In this document: in pieces, positions 11,355-21,909 of the stretch | Numbering within the stretch: the stretch's first letter is position 1 | Layout: every line of letters starts with the position of its first letter | Assembly: GCA_964490125.1 (NCBI GenBank) | Contig: CAZBAJ010000004.1 | Span: 7,662-71,661 of the forward strand | From: an uncultured Candidatus Saccharibacteria bacterium | GTDB taxonomy: Bacteria; Patescibacteriota; WWE3; UBA101185; UBA10185 | Reading direction: 5' to 3' | DNA: 64,000 nucleotides | Notes under the pieces: model-generated | Seen by the model: only the letters and a program-made list of their open reading frames with translations | Database searches by the model: none | Told to the model about the DNA's origin: nothing | Position numbers and translations under genes: made by a program

Positions 11355-13133
11355 ATGTTTATAGATTCAATAAATCCAAAAACAACCTTTGAGGACTTTT
11401 TGCTGGAAAAAGGTTTAATTGACGAGGCAAAGTACACACAATTAAAGACCGACCTTACTAAATCTCCAGGTAATACTGCCGAAGTTGTGTATAAAAGCGG
11501 TTTTTTGACGGACGAGGCTTACGCCAAAGCATACTCCGACTTCTACTCCGTCCCATATATTTCTTTATTGGAAAAAAAGTTTGACGAGGAATTAATTAGT
11601 AAAATTCCGGTGCAATTAGCAAAAACATATGCGCTGGCGCCTTTTTTGTACGACGGTGAGCAAAATATTTTGCATCTAGCCATGCGGGATCCGTTGGACT
11701 TGCAGTTTATTACCTTTTTAGAAAAAAAGCTGGGTTACAAGATTATTGCCTATATTTCCCCGCCCAGCGAGTTGGCTAAGGTGGTAGATGAAACCTTTGG
11801 TAAGTCTATTAAAGAAGAGGTCACTCAAGCTTTAGAGGAAATTAATCAAACCACGCTAAAGATTGAAGAGTCAGGTCAGTCTTTAGAAAGCATAGGTTCA
11901 CTTAAAGACGCTCCTGTTGCCAGAATAGTTAATATCCTGTTGGAGTCGGCGGTAAAGGGTGGGGCTTCTGATATTCATTTGGAACCGGGTGAGGATAATA
12001 TGCGCATTAGATATAGGGTGGACGGTATTTTAAGTGAGCGACACATCTTGCCAAAAGCGGTGCAGGATAGTTTAGTTGCCCGCATTAAAATTTTGTCCAA
12101 CTTAAAAATTGACGAGAAAAGAATTCCCCAGGATGGTAGGTTTAAAGTCCAGGTGGGCGACACTTTTACGGACTTGCGGGTTTCTACTTTGCCCACAGTG
12201 AACGGTGAGAAAGTAGTGATTAGGTTATTAAAGGACGAAGCAAATATTTACACTTTTAAGGATTTAGGTTTGGGCGGGCTTTCCCTTAAGCGGTTTGAGG
12301 AAGGTCTGTTAAAGTCAAACGGAATTATTATTATTACCGGACCAACCGGTTCCGGAAAAACAGTAACCTTAGCAACGGCGCTTTCTAAACTTAACAGCGT
12401 AAAAGTAAATGTGGTGACTTTGGAAGACCCCGTGGAAATTAAAATTAAAGGCGTCAATCAAGTGCAGATTAACCCCCAAGCAGGGTTAACATTTTCTTCC
12501 GGTTTACGGTCCTTTTTGCGCCAGGATCCCAACATTATTATGGTAGGAGAAATTAGGGACGGTGAAACTGCGGAGTTGGCTATTCATGCCGCCCTTACAG
12601 GTCACTTAGTTTTGTCGACATTACACACAAACTCCTCTGCTGGGGCAATTCCCAGGCTTATTGACATGGGAGTAGAAAACTTTTTGTTGGCGTCAACCTT
12701 AAATGTAGTGTTAGCGCAAAGGCTGGTCCGCAGAGTGTGTAATGACTGTAAACTTGCATACGATCCGCCGGAAGACTTGTTAAAAGAAGTTAAAGTTGTT
12801 TTAGAAAGCATTGGCAATACCCAGCTTTTAGAGTCGCGCGACAAACAGATGTTGGAATCTATTAAAAAGGTTGGTGCGGGTTCCATAAAACTTTATAGAT
12901 CTGTAGGTTGTAACAAATGTAATGATACCGGTTACAAAGGTCGGTCCGGTATTTACGAAGTCCTCCAAGTGTCAGAAAAAATAAGAACTTTAATAATTGA
13001 CAAGGGTACAGAGTCCGATATAAACAAAGTAGCCACAAGCGAAGGTATGATAACTTTGTTGCAGGACGGTTATTTAAAGGCTTTGGAGGGAGTTACCACT
13101 CTGGAGGAAGTATTAAGGGTTGCAAAGGAGTAA
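11355..13133 (+). CDS. pilB: Type IV pilus assembly ATPase (PilB/GspE)
   Basis: ASDIHLEP, PQDGRF, GPTGSGKT, LRQDPNIIMVGEIRD, tetracysteine motif, GYKGR. Confidence 0.93.
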   Translation: MFIDSINPKTTFEDFLLEKGLIDEAKYTQLKTDLTKSPGNTAEVVYKSGFLTDEAYAKAYSDFYSVPYISLLEKKFDEELISKIPVQLAKTYALAPFLYDGEQNILHLAMRDPLDLQFITFLEKKLGYKIIAYISPPSELAKVVDETFGKSIKEEVTQALEEINQTTLKIEESGQSLESIGSLKDAPVARIVNILLESAVKGGASDIHLEPGEDNMRIRYRVDGILSERHILPKAVQDSLVARIKILSNLKIDEKRIPQDGRFKVQVGDTFTDLRVSTLPTVNGEKVVIRLLKDEANIYTFKDLGLGGLSLKRFEEGLLKSNGIIIITGPTGSGKTVTLATALSKLNSVKVNVVTLEDPVEIKIKGVNQVQINPQAGLTFSSGLRSFLRQDPNIIMVGEIRDGETAELAIHAALTGHLVLSTLHTNSSAGAIPRLIDMGVENFLLASTLNVVLAQRLVRRVCNDCKLAYDPPEDLLKEVKVVLESIGNTQLLESRDKQMLESIKKVGAGSIKLYRSVGCNKCNDTGYKGRSGIYEVLQVSEKIRTLIIDKGTESDINKVATSEGMITLLQDGYLKALEGVTTLEEVLRVAKE

Positions 13134-13166
13134 AGTTTGCTATTTAATGAAGGTTATTAACTGCCT

Positions 13167-14228
13167 ATGAAAGTAAACGCCAGCATATTATTAGAGAAGT
13201 GCTTAAGTCTTAATGCGTCGTCCATGCACTTGTCCGTAGGAAACCCGCCGGTAGTTAGAATTCACACCAAAATTTCTAGAATTACAGACATGGACATTTT
13301 GACGGTTGAGGATGTTGAGCTTTTTATTTCTCAAACTTTATCTAAAGAACAAAAAGACGCTTTTGAACTTTCTAAAGAAACGGATTTTTCTATTGCTTTG
13401 GGAAACAAAGCTCGATTTAGGGTAAATGTTTATTACCAAAAGGGTTATCCAGCGGTATCGTTAAGACTTATTCCAATGATTATTCCTCATTTGGACGACT
13501 TACATCTACCGTCAATTCTTAAAAATATTGCTGATTTAAAACAGGGTCTTGTTTTAGTAGTTGGACCTACCGATCACGGTAAATCTACCACGCTTGCCAG
13601 TATGTTGCAGTACATTACAGAGACTAGATCGGAACATATTATTACCATAGAGGACCCCATTGAATTTGTCATTCCGTCCAACAAGTCTTTAGTAGAACAG
13701 CGGGAAATGTATTTGGATACACTTTCTTGGGCAAACGCTTTGCGGGCAATTTTGCGCCAGGATCCCAACATTATTATGATTGGTGAAATGCGTGACCAAG
13801 AAACCATAGAGGCGGCAATGAACATTGCAGAAACTGGTCATTTGGTTTTTTCTACCTTGCACACCAACTCCGCGTCGCAAAGTATAGAAAGAATTGTGTC
13901 TTCATTCCCCAAAGAAAAACAGTCCTACATTAGAAGCCAGTTTGCGGATGTTCTAGAAGCCATAATTTCCATGCGACTTATTCCCTCCCCTCAAATGGGT
14001 GTGTGTCCTGCCGTAGAAGTCCTACTTAATAATTACGCAGTTAAAAATCTTATTAGAGAAGGCAAAAGCTACCGCGTAGATGACATTATTTTAACCAGCG
14101 CGGAGCAAGGCATGATTTCCCTAAACTCGTCGCTTAAGATTTTGTACGACAAGCAGTTAATTTCTTCTGACGATGCTTTTAGATATAGTTTAAATCCGGA
14201 GGAATTGCGCAGGATTATTAAGGTTTAG
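13167..14228 (+). CDS. pilT: Type IV pilus retraction ATPase
   Basis: GPTDHGKST, TIEDPIE, GEMRD, ETGHLVFSTLHT, AVKNLIRE (AIRNLIRE-like). Confidence 0.9.
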   Translation: MKVNASILLEKCLSLNASSMHLSVGNPPVVRIHTKISRITDMDILTVEDVELFISQTLSKEQKDAFELSKETDFSIALGNKARFRVNVYYQKGYPAVSLRLIPMIIPHLDDLHLPSILKNIADLKQGLVLVVGPTDHGKSTTLASMLQYITETRSEHIITIEDPIEFVIPSNKSLVEQREMYLDTLSWANALRAILRQDPNIIMIGEMRDQETIEAAMNIAETGHLVFSTLHTNSASQSIERIVSSFPKEKQSYIRSQFADVLEAIISMRLIPSPQMGVCPAVEVLLNNYAVKNLIREGKSYRVDDIILTSAEQGMISLNSSLKILYDKQLISSDDAFRYSLNPEELRRIIKV

Positions 14229-14234
14229 GGCATC

Positions 14235-15434
14235 ATGAGGTATAGATTTACAGCAAAAGATCAAAATGCCAAGTTAGTTTATGGCGACATAGAGGCTGGC
14301 TCCACAGATAAAGTAGTGGACATCTTAAAAGACCGTGGACTTTTTGCCCTGGACATAACGGAAATGAGTCCGGGTTTTAAGGCGTTTGCCATAAGGGGCG
14401 GACGGGTGACGGAATCGGAAGTTGTGTTATTCACAAGGCAGTTTGCCACCATGGTTGCCGCGGGGCTTTCTGTTTCCAGATGTTTAGAAGTTTTGTTGGA
14501 CCAAACCACCAACCCCAAATTTAAAGAGGTTATTTCCGAGATTCAGTCTCAGGTAACTTCTGGCATTGCACTTTCCGCTGCTTTTGGTAGGTATCCTAAT
14601 ATTTTTCCTACTGCGTATATTGCACTTTGTCGTGCGGGTGAGTCTTCTGGCAAATTGGATGAAATTTTACTAAAGCTGGCCGACACTATGGAGAAAGACA
14701 AAGATATCAAGTCCAAATTTAAAACGGCGTTAATTTACCCCACCATTATTCTAGTTGCCATGGTGGGTGTGTTTGTACTAATGATGGTAGTGGTGGTGCC
14801 AAAACTTGCGGAGCTATACGCGTCCATGAGCGTTGACCTGCCCTTTATAACCAAGGTTATGATAGGTATTAGTAACTTTATGGTCAATTACAAGCTGCTT
14901 TTACTCCCCATGGTGTTTGGCGCCTACTTTTTATTTAAATATTTTATGCAGACGGCAAAAGGCAGAGCGTTTTGGTCGGAGTTTACCTTTGCCATGCCTG
15001 TTATTGGTCCCGTAAATAAACTTAAAGAGTACACGCTGTTTTCTAGAACATTAAGTATGCTTTTAACCGCGGGTGTAAATATGGTGGAGGCATTAAATAT
15101 TTCTGGCGATGTAGTTACTAATTTGGACTTAATAGCCGGGGTAAAAAACAGCACCTTGTTGGTAGAGCGCGGTGTTCCCCTGTCGGAGGCTATGGGTAAA
15201 AGCGCAACCTTCCCACCCATGGTTTATAAAATGGTAGAGGTTGGGGAAGAAACCGGTAATTTGGATTCTGTACTTGCCCGTGTTTCTGTTTATTACGCTA
15301 ACGAAACTGATACAGCAGTAGCCAGACTTTCCGCCGCTTTAGAGCCGTTTATTTTAGTGTTCTTGGGTGTGGGTGTGGGAGTCTTGATTTTGTCTATTAT
15401 TACGCCTATATATAAAATTACAACTTCTATTTAA
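14235..15434 (+). CDS. pilC: Type IV pilus platform protein (PilC/GspF)
   Basis: FTRQFATM, GESSGKLD, ALIYP, GEETGNLD, LEP; two T2SSF repeats. Confidence 0.92.
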   Translation: MRYRFTAKDQNAKLVYGDIEAGSTDKVVDILKDRGLFALDITEMSPGFKAFAIRGGRVTESEVVLFTRQFATMVAAGLSVSRCLEVLLDQTTNPKFKEVISEIQSQVTSGIALSAAFGRYPNIFPTAYIALCRAGESSGKLDEILLKLADTMEKDKDIKSKFKTALIYPTIILVAMVGVFVLMMVVVVPKLAELYASMSVDLPFITKVMIGISNFMVNYKLLLLPMVFGAYFLFKYFMQTAKGRAFWSEFTFAMPVIGPVNKLKEYTLFSRTLSMLLTAGVNMVEALNISGDVVTNLDLIAGVKNSTLLVERGVPLSEAMGKSATFPPMVYKMVEVGEETGNLDSVLARVSVYYANETDTAVARLSAALEPFILVFLGVGVGVLILSIITPIYKITTSI

Positions 15435-15460
15435 GAAGATGAAGGGAGGTGTAAAAAATT

Positions 15461-16009
15461 ATGACAAAAGGGAAATACACAAAGGGATTTACGTTGGTTG
15501 AATTGTTGGTGGTTATTGCTATTATAGCCATTTTGGCTGGTGCGTTGTTTTTGGTTATTAACCCAGCCGCCTTATTAGCAAAATCCAGAGACTCTAAGAG
15601 AATTGGAGAATTATCGAGCGTCAATAAGGCTATTGCGGCTGCACTCGCAGATAGTAAGATAATTCTTAGTACTAATGCTGTCAATTTAAATGACACAAAC
15701 ACAACTGTTTTAGGTTTGGGTTGGGTTCGCTTTACAAGGCCTGGTACACCGGCTACAGGTCCTGGCATTGGGGACTACATGCCAGTTCTTCCAAGGGATC
15801 CTTTAAGAGGTGCAGGAGTAACACCGGTTACTAGTTACTACTACAGATTTAGAAGTACCACTACTGCATGGAAACTGGCGGCCTGGGTGGAGAGTATAGA
15901 TAGCGCACAAATCGCTACCAATGATGGAGGTATATCGAATACTTGCACAACGGTACCTAATACCGCCTGTCAGTATGAAATAGGAACAGATTTAACTTTG
16001 GTAATGTGA
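15461..16009 (+). CDS. Type IV pilin, probably the major pilin
   Basis: KGFTLVELLVVIAIIAIL class III signal, strong SD GGGAGGTG, C-terminal Cys pair, downstream hairpin. Confidence 0.88.
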   Translation: MTKGKYTKGFTLVELLVVIAIIAILAGALFLVINPAALLAKSRDSKRIGELSSVNKAIAAALADSKIILSTNAVNLNDTNTTVLGLGWVRFTRPGTPATGPGIGDYMPVLPRDPLRGAGVTPVTSYYYRFRSTTTAWKLAAWVESIDSAQIATNDGGISNTCTTVPNTACQYEIGTDLTLVM

Positions 16010-16020
16010 GGTTGGTTTTT

Positions 16021-16043
16021 TGCGGGGTGCTATGCGCCCCGCA
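16021..16043 (+). terminator. Hairpin after the pilin gene (partial terminator or mRNA stabiliser)
   Basis: TGCGGGGTGC-tat-GCGCCCCGCA stem with one G:U; no 3' U-tract. Confidence 0.4.
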
Positions 16044-16172
16044 TGGGTGGACAAGAAGATGTGTTGAATGGCGGTTGTTATGGGTTCTAGCACCTGTTTT
16101 TTATTTTGCCATGCTAGCCATTGTTGTAAGTAGGTAGCTATTATGTAGATTAGCAATAAAGAAGTCGTTTCT

Positions 16173-17048
16173 ATGGTGTTTTTAAGTAGCTTATTATCTT
16201 CGCTAATCGGTCTATTCATCGGCTCGTTTTTAAATGTAGTCGCGGATAGGCTGTGTCAGGAGAAAAACCCCTTCAAGGGCAGATCCGTTTGCGATTCGTG
16301 CGGGCAAACTTTAAAGCCCCAGCACATGGTGCCCATTTTGTCGTACATATTATTAAGGGGTAAGTGCGCGTATTGTCACCAAAAACTGTCGCTCTACTAC
16401 CCTTTTTCCGAACTCCTCACCGGCATGTTTTTTGCTTTTGCTGCCTATTTTTCCCGCTTTGCGTCCTCCCCTAGCCTGTTAACCGGCTTGCATTTTGGCT
16501 ACCTTATTGTGGTTTTTAGCGTGTTCGTGGTCATTTTTTTGTCAGACTTAAAATATCAAATTATTCCAAACGAGGTTGTTTATTTTGGTATTGCTTTTGT
16601 TTTTTTGGCGCAGGTGGCAAATTTGGGCTTTTGGGCTTATAAATACCACGCCATGTTGCAAAGCGACACTTTGGGTCAGTATCTTTTGCAGGGCGACTTT
16701 TTTAAGGACAATGTACTGCGGGAGGTTAAAAGTTTTGGTTACAATATTGCCAGCGGACTTGGGATCTGTCTGTTTTTTTATTTGCTGGTGGTGTTGACGC
16801 GTGGTCGCGGGATGGGCGGAGGCGATGTTAAGTTGGGTCTTTTGATTGGACTTTTTAACGGTTTTCCCAACGGTGTAATTGCCTTGTTTTTGGCTTTTAT
16901 TACGGGTTCGATTGTAAGTATTGGACTTATGGTGGCGTCCAAAAAAGGGTTAAAGGATGTGGTGCCGTTTGGTCCTTTTTTAATTTTAGGCAGTGTGCTA
17001 TCTTTAATGTATGGAGACTGGATTTTTACCAGGTATATTTCGCTTTAA
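16173..17048 (+). CDS. pilD: Prepilin peptidase
   Basis: GSFLNVV, RSVCDSC/CAYC zinc motif, MGGGDVKL, VPFGPFL. Confidence 0.93.
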   Translation: MVFLSSLLSSLIGLFIGSFLNVVADRLCQEKNPFKGRSVCDSCGQTLKPQHMVPILSYILLRGKCAYCHQKLSLYYPFSELLTGMFFAFAAYFSRFASSPSLLTGLHFGYLIVVFSVFVVIFLSDLKYQIIPNEVVYFGIAFVFLAQVANLGFWAYKYHAMLQSDTLGQYLLQGDFFKDNVLREVKSFGYNIASGLGICLFFYLLVVLTRGRGMGGGDVKLGLLIGLFNGFPNGVIALFLAFITGSIVSIGLMVASKKGLKDVVPFGPFLILGSVLSLMYGDWIFTRYISL

Positions 17049-17937
17049 CCGTTTGGGTTTATTTTCTTTTTTCATTTTTGTTATTAGTGCTTTTGGACTT
17101 GGTACGACAGGAGAAGCTTACGCGATCGAATGGTTTTCCGTTTACGGGTCGGGTGTATTATCGGGTGGCGACATAACTAACAACGGGATACCAAATATCC
17201 CTCCGACCGGTTTCAACAAAGATGTCGTCCAACACCCTGGTTCTGAAAATATTACCACTTACGGTTCGTTGATAAGTTCTGGTGGTCAAACAACTAACGG
17301 CGATGACGACGCATATGTAAAAAACCTTGTTCTCACACCCAAAGCTTTATCCATAGATAGCCTACTTCTTGGTGCTACTAATATTACAGATTGTAGTACG
17401 ATATTTAATAACAGGCTCAATCCCAACATTTTATATAAGATTTCAGGCCCATATACTGCCTCATGTTTATCCCAATCTTTCATTGCTGATACAGATAGAA
17501 CATATGGATTGGAGTCTGACGGTTTAGTAATAATCGCTGTGGATTTTACTTCCGGATTGAATTTACGAAAAACACTAAAATCTACAAGTTCTAATCAGAG
17601 GATTCTACTTTTGACAAATAGTACAACCAGTATAGTTAGCAATGTCGGAACCCCCGTCGGGGTGGCTACTTTTGATACGCAAAATCAATATGACTTGGCA
17701 ATGATTACAACTTCAACATTCACTGTTCAGGACAGTGCAACATTAACATCCATTCTTGAGGGTCCTTTGATCTCTGGGGGCGCAGTAACTTTAGGTCGCA
17801 ATTATGCCGCCGCAACCTACCCTGGTGTTTTCGTAAAATACAACCCGTTTTATGTTGCCGAGTTGTCAAAAAAGGGTACAGCAGGTCTTGCTATAAAAGG
17901 ATTACTAGAATCCAAAACTACCTGGAGGTATGACTAA
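17011..17937 (+). CDS. Secreted pilus-associated protein (possible tip/adhesin module)
   Basis: Signal peptide ending AYA; Ser/Thr/Gly-rich; lies in the pilin cluster and overlaps pilD. Confidence 0.65.
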   Translation: METGFLPGIFRFNRLGLFSFFIFVISAFGLGTTGEAYAIEWFSVYGSGVLSGGDITNNGIPNIPPTGFNKDVVQHPGSENITTYGSLISSGGQTTNGDDDAYVKNLVLTPKALSIDSLLLGATNITDCSTIFNNRLNPNILYKISGPYTASCLSQSFIADTDRTYGLESDGLVIIAVDFTSGLNLRKTLKSTSSNQRILLLTNSTTSIVSNVGTPVGVATFDTQNQYDLAMITTSTFTVQDSATLTSILEGPLISGGAVTLGRNYAAATYPGVFVKYNPFYVAELSKKGTAGLAIKGLLESKTTWRYD

Positions 17938-18851
17938 TGACTAACTTGCGATCCGCCCAACAAGGTCAAACATTATTAATTGTGATTTTTGCCATGTCGC
18001 TGGGGTTGTTAGTAATTGTAAATACTGCCGGACGGACTTTGAGTTCGGTTGCCAGAACCACCCAAACCAATTTTTATCAAAAAGCAACTGCGGTCGCAGA
18101 GGGCGGTGCGGAAGTATTTTTAGCCAAACCGATTACCGATTATCCCGCTTTAACATCGACATGCGCAATTTCAAAACTTGCTGATCTGGCTACTGTCGAC
18201 GGTGCCAGTTGTACCATACCGTTTACAGAATCAAAGGCGTATTTGGGTGTAGAGGCTTATCCCGTTTCGTTAGCAAAGGAAAGTTTAAATATAAAAAGTC
18301 AGCCGGGAGAAACCATTCATATAAACCTGAATGACCTAAATTTTGACGCTGATTTTATTCAAGTTTGCTGGAAGGGCTTAGGGATTAAGGATTATTCCGC
18401 TTCGCACTACTTTTACTATCACGGCTTGATTGGTGATTACGAAGTCGATAAAGATTTACTCACCTGTAATACCAGTTTTACTGCTTGGTGCAAAAATTTA
18501 GGGGGAAATGTGGGAAATGTTAGTCAGGCAGTTGCTAACGGTGACTATTCTTGTTATTCCATAAATGTACAAAGTGACAGCGTCGCTCTTAGAATTTTTA
18601 CTTTTCCTGACGGTGCGGAGTATACAATAGAGGCGTATAAACTGGTTGCAGGAAACCCCGTAAAAACTACATTTCCCCAACAAGGTTATCGGATAATCTC
18701 CATCGGCGAGGTTACCGGCGCGGGAGGCACTTCTCTAATGTCCAAAAAAGCTACCAGAAAAAAGTTGACGGTGGAAAAAACCTTCCCCTACCCTGCTGGA
18801 CCGTGGTGGGATTTTGCGGTGACTTCTATAAACGGAATGGTGTCGCCCTAA
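17937..18851 (+). CDS. PilX/GspK-like minor pilin
   Basis: GQTLLIVIF (no Glu5), A..AEGG motif, Cys pairs. Confidence 0.75.
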   Translation: MTNLRSAQQGQTLLIVIFAMSLGLLVIVNTAGRTLSSVARTTQTNFYQKATAVAEGGAEVFLAKPITDYPALTSTCAISKLADLATVDGASCTIPFTESKAYLGVEAYPVSLAKESLNIKSQPGETIHINLNDLNFDADFIQVCWKGLGIKDYSASHYFYYHGLIGDYEVDKDLLTCNTSFTAWCKNLGGNVGNVSQAVANGDYSCYSINVQSDSVALRIFTFPDGAEYTIEAYKLVAGNPVKTTFPQQGYRIISIGEVTGAGGTSLMSKKATRKKLTVEKTFPYPAGPWWDFAVTSINGMVSP

Positions 18852-18894
18852 AAAGCTTGACTTTAGCGGGATTTAGAAATAGTCTTAAAGTGTA

Positions 18895-19308
18895 ATGAAA
18901 GCTAACTGCTCGACTAAAAATTACGGATTTACTTTAGTTGAACTTTTGGTGGTAATTTCCATAATTTCTATCTTAGCCGGCGCAGCTTTTATGATTATTA
19001 ACCCCGTTAGATTGCAAAAAAAATCACGAGAGGCTGTGTTAAGGTCAAATACCGCTAAACTGTGTTCCGCTTTGTTTGCTTGTGCTTCTGTAAAAAATGT
19101 GCTGACTGATTGCAGTACAGGTGACTTTTCTAAGTTGAAAGTTACCGTTCCGAATGATCCTTTAGGCGCTTCCTACACCATCACCCCCTCTGATCCTGTC
19201 ACCATCACTGGTACACTTAATTCGTGCGTTTATACATGTAATTTTAATTTTTTAAATGGAGATGTATTAAATTTACCAAACACCCCTCCGGCTGGGTGTG
19301 AGCAATAA
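18895..19308 (+). CDS. Type IV pilin
   Basis: GFTLVELLVVISIISIL; INP motif; Cys-rich. Confidence 0.88.
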   Translation: MKANCSTKNYGFTLVELLVVISIISILAGAAFMIINPVRLQKKSREAVLRSNTAKLCSALFACASVKNVLTDCSTGDFSKLKVTVPNDPLGASYTITPSDPVTITGTLNSCVYTCNFNFLNGDVLNLPNTPPAGCEQ

Positions 19309-19311
19309 ATA

Positions 19312-19776
19312 ATGAGTAACAGTTCCAATAAAATTAAATATGCAGGTCAAGCAGGTTTTACTTTGGTTGAGCTTTTGGTAGTAGTAAGCCTTGTGGGAAT
19401 TTTGGCGGGTGTAACAATATCTATTATAAATCCCGTTAAACAGAGGCAAGTGGCGGAGGACGGAGTTAAACAGTCTAATTTACAAAAGCTTGCTTTAGGG
19501 GTAGAAGCTTACGGCAATGCCAATTCTAAATATCCTGCCGCAGCTGGTGGTAAGCCCGACCCAGCCGATGCCGATGTCGGACAATTTATTAAGCAGTATC
19601 CTGACGGGGAACCTGCTGGATCTACTTATACCTACTATAACGATTCGACAAATGGAACATTTAGTATTGTGGTTATGAAGTCCGAGGTCGCAACGGCGTG
19701 TTTTAAATACCATTCCAGTTGGGGTAAAATCCAGTCGTGTACTAACAATTGCAACGACGGAACTACTGGATGTTAG
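19312..19776 (+). CDS. Type IV pilin
   Basis: GFTLVELLVVVSLVGIL; INP; C-terminal Cys cluster. Confidence 0.88.
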   Translation: MSNSSNKIKYAGQAGFTLVELLVVVSLVGILAGVTISIINPVKQRQVAEDGVKQSNLQKLALGVEAYGNANSKYPAAAGGKPDPADADVGQFIKQYPDGEPAGSTYTYYNDSTNGTFSIVVMKSEVATACFKYHSSWGKIQSCTNNCNDGTTGC

Positions 19777-19796
19777 ACTTGTTAACTAAAAGAAAA

Positions 19797-20303
19797 ATGT
19801 CAAAACATAAATACAACAAAGGATTTACATTGGTAGAACTTCTTATAGCTATTTCCTTGATAGCCATTTTGAGTGGGGTATTACTTTCGGTTTTAAATCC
19901 CATAGGTATCCAAAAGAAGGCTCGTGATTCACAGAGGGTATCAGATTTGTCAAAAATTAAGGTTGCTTTGGAAAATTATTTTGCCGACAATAGAAAGTAC
20001 CCAAATACTGCGCCTGTGACAGCTGATACATGGGTAAAAACTTCTGCGCTTTCAACTTTTTTAGAAAATGGTAAGTACATAAATAAACTGCCCACTGATC
20101 CAAAACCCACGGTAACTGCAAATTGCGCTGTAAATGGTTGGCGTGAATATTATTACAAAACAAATGCTAACGGGACTGTTTATATATTGTCCGCTAATTT
20201 AGAGATAGCGCCGTCAACGGCATCGACCTGTCCCTACACAAGTCCTAATTGTTCTGGATGTGTTACCACGGGTGTTAATGCTTACTATACAACTATTGAT
20301 TGA
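19797..20303 (+). CDS. Type IV pilin (GspG-like)
   Basis: MSKHKYNKGFTLVELLIAI; ARDSQRVSDL; LPTDP; start re-set to ATG 19797. Confidence 0.88.
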   Translation: MSKHKYNKGFTLVELLIAISLIAILSGVLLSVLNPIGIQKKARDSQRVSDLSKIKVALENYFADNRKYPNTAPVTADTWVKTSALSTFLENGKYINKLPTDPKPTVTANCAVNGWREYYYKTNANGTVYILSANLEIAPSTASTCPYTSPNCSGCVTTGVNAYYTTID

Positions 20304-20327
20304 GGTTGATTTTTAGAAAGGAGATAT

Positions 20328-20816
20328 ATGAAAACGCAAATACTCAAAGACGCAAACAGAGGCTTTACCCTAGTGGAAGTTTTAGTAGCGGTTGGGGTTT
20401 TGGCGGTAGGGTCGCTGGCTTTTTTGCCTTCGTTTAGTGGCGCAAATAAAGAAAAAGCCCTTGCCCAGTCGGTAGAAAACGCTAAAGATGCCATAGCCAC
20501 AGCTAGAAACCGCGCGCTTACAAATGTTGGAAACCCCGGATCGGCAGGTTCGTACAATTATTCTGGGGTAAAATTTACAGCTGGGAGTTCTGATTACGAG
20601 ATATTTAGGTCGACAACTGCTGATGTGTCCACCTGTACAAGTCTTCCCGCTAGTGGAATATCAGTTTTGGATAGTCAGGGGACACTTCTTAACGGTGTGC
20701 AGTCCAGAATACCTTCAGGAGAGTCGCCAACTTGTTTCTTTTTTGAATTTGGATCCGGTGATGCCTATGTTACTAAAGGTACCGCCTCCGCACCTGCCAA
20801 TGCTTGCAATAATTAA
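20328..20816 (+). CDS. Minor pilin (FimT/GspH-like)
   Basis: RGFTLVEVLVAV; ARNRA; SD AGGAG. Confidence 0.82.
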   Translation: MKTQILKDANRGFTLVEVLVAVGVLAVGSLAFLPSFSGANKEKALAQSVENAKDAIATARNRALTNVGNPGSAGSYNYSGVKFTAGSSDYEIFRSTTADVSTCTSLPASGISVLDSQGTLLNGVQSRIPSGESPTCFFFEFGSGDAYVTKGTASAPANACNN

Positions 20817-21288
20817 AAACAACAAATCAGGTTACGCGCTGTTAGAAATTTTATTGGCGTTTGCGGTTGCCACAATTATTATTACAGGTATGGTTTCACT
20901 GGGGGTTTCTACCGTTAGGGCGGTTACGGTAAACAAGGCTTATTCCGAAGCAGGAAAAATTGCGCAAAGAGAGGTTGACCGACTTAAATTACTGCGCGAC
21001 ACCTACCCTGCCACGGCTACCAGAACTTCTTGGGAAAATTTTTACGACGAAGTTATCAGCCAGTGCGGTACAAACTGTTATGTAGTCACAGGTGCTACTT
21101 TTACTAAAGCACCTGGTACATACACGGTTGGGACCGCGCCATCTACCGTAAGCTACTATTTCAAGTTCACTTCTGCAAGTGTTACAAGTCCAGCTAAATA
21201 TGAGGTAATTACAACATGGAGCGTAGGAAATCCCCCAGAAAAAACATATAAAATCGAAGGAGTCTTTACAAATTGGAAGGAGATCTAA
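20800..21288 (+). CDS. Minor pilin (PilV/GspI-like)
   Basis: SGYALLEILLAF; start re-set to ATG 20800. Confidence 0.78.
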   Translation: MLAIIKNNKSGYALLEILLAFAVATIIITGMVSLGVSTVRAVTVNKAYSEAGKIAQREVDRLKLLRDTYPATATRTSWENFYDEVISQCGTNCYVVTGATFTKAPGTYTVGTAPSTVSYYFKFTSASVTSPAKYEVITTWSVGNPPEKTYKIEGVFTNWKEI

Positions 21289-21894
21289 ATGACGATAGCA
21301 AAAATTAATAAATCTGCTAGACCAATTGGATTAATCAGATCAAAAGAAGTCCTGCAAAATAAGGGCTTTACATTAATGGAAGTTGTTATTGCGGTTAGTT
21401 TGTTGGCAATTGTTTCCGTAGTTTCTGTAAGTATTGTGGCAAATTTGCTAAGAAGCTCGGTAAAGTCGCAATCGGCCATTGATGTTGAACAAACTTCTAA
21501 TTTTGTCCTCCTGAAACTTAAGAATGATGTGGCAAAAGCCCATAAGATAAGTGTTACAGCCAATACTTTAACCATCTATCAAGCTAATGCGTCCTCTCCC
21601 ACCGTGACTTATACGGTTGGGCAATGTAATGCCGGCTTGAGTCTAAATTGCATCCGTCGTGGTGGCGTGGATCTTACTGATTCGTCAAGCGATCCGTCCG
21701 ATACTACTAAACCCAACAAATCAGCTGTTCAAATTGATACAGCACCGACCTACTTTAGTTCTGTATCCGATGCTTCCGGTAATGTGTTAGCCGTCAATGT
21801 TGCTATAAAATTTAGTAAGCCTGGCGTTGCCACAACAGGCAATTTTTCCGGTGAGACCGTTTTAGACACAACCATTGTCTTACCCAATCAATAA
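21289..21894 (+). CDS. Minor pilin (PilW/GspJ-like)
   Basis: KGFTLMEVVIAV; L..DV.KA motif. Confidence 0.82.
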   Translation: MTIAKINKSARPIGLIRSKEVLQNKGFTLMEVVIAVSLLAIVSVVSVSIVANLLRSSVKSQSAIDVEQTSNFVLLKLKNDVAKAHKISVTANTLTIYQANASSPTVTYTVGQCNAGLSLNCIRRGGVDLTDSSSDPSDTTKPNKSAVQIDTAPTYFSSVSDASGNVLAVNVAIKFSKPGVATTGNFSGETVLDTTIVLPNQ

Positions 21895-21909
21895 TAGTAA
21901 ACTTACACT

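Noticed and set aside
13560-13592. Inactive PilT because of GPTDHGKST
   Set aside because: It still fits GxxxxGKS/T, and Walker B and the His box are intact.
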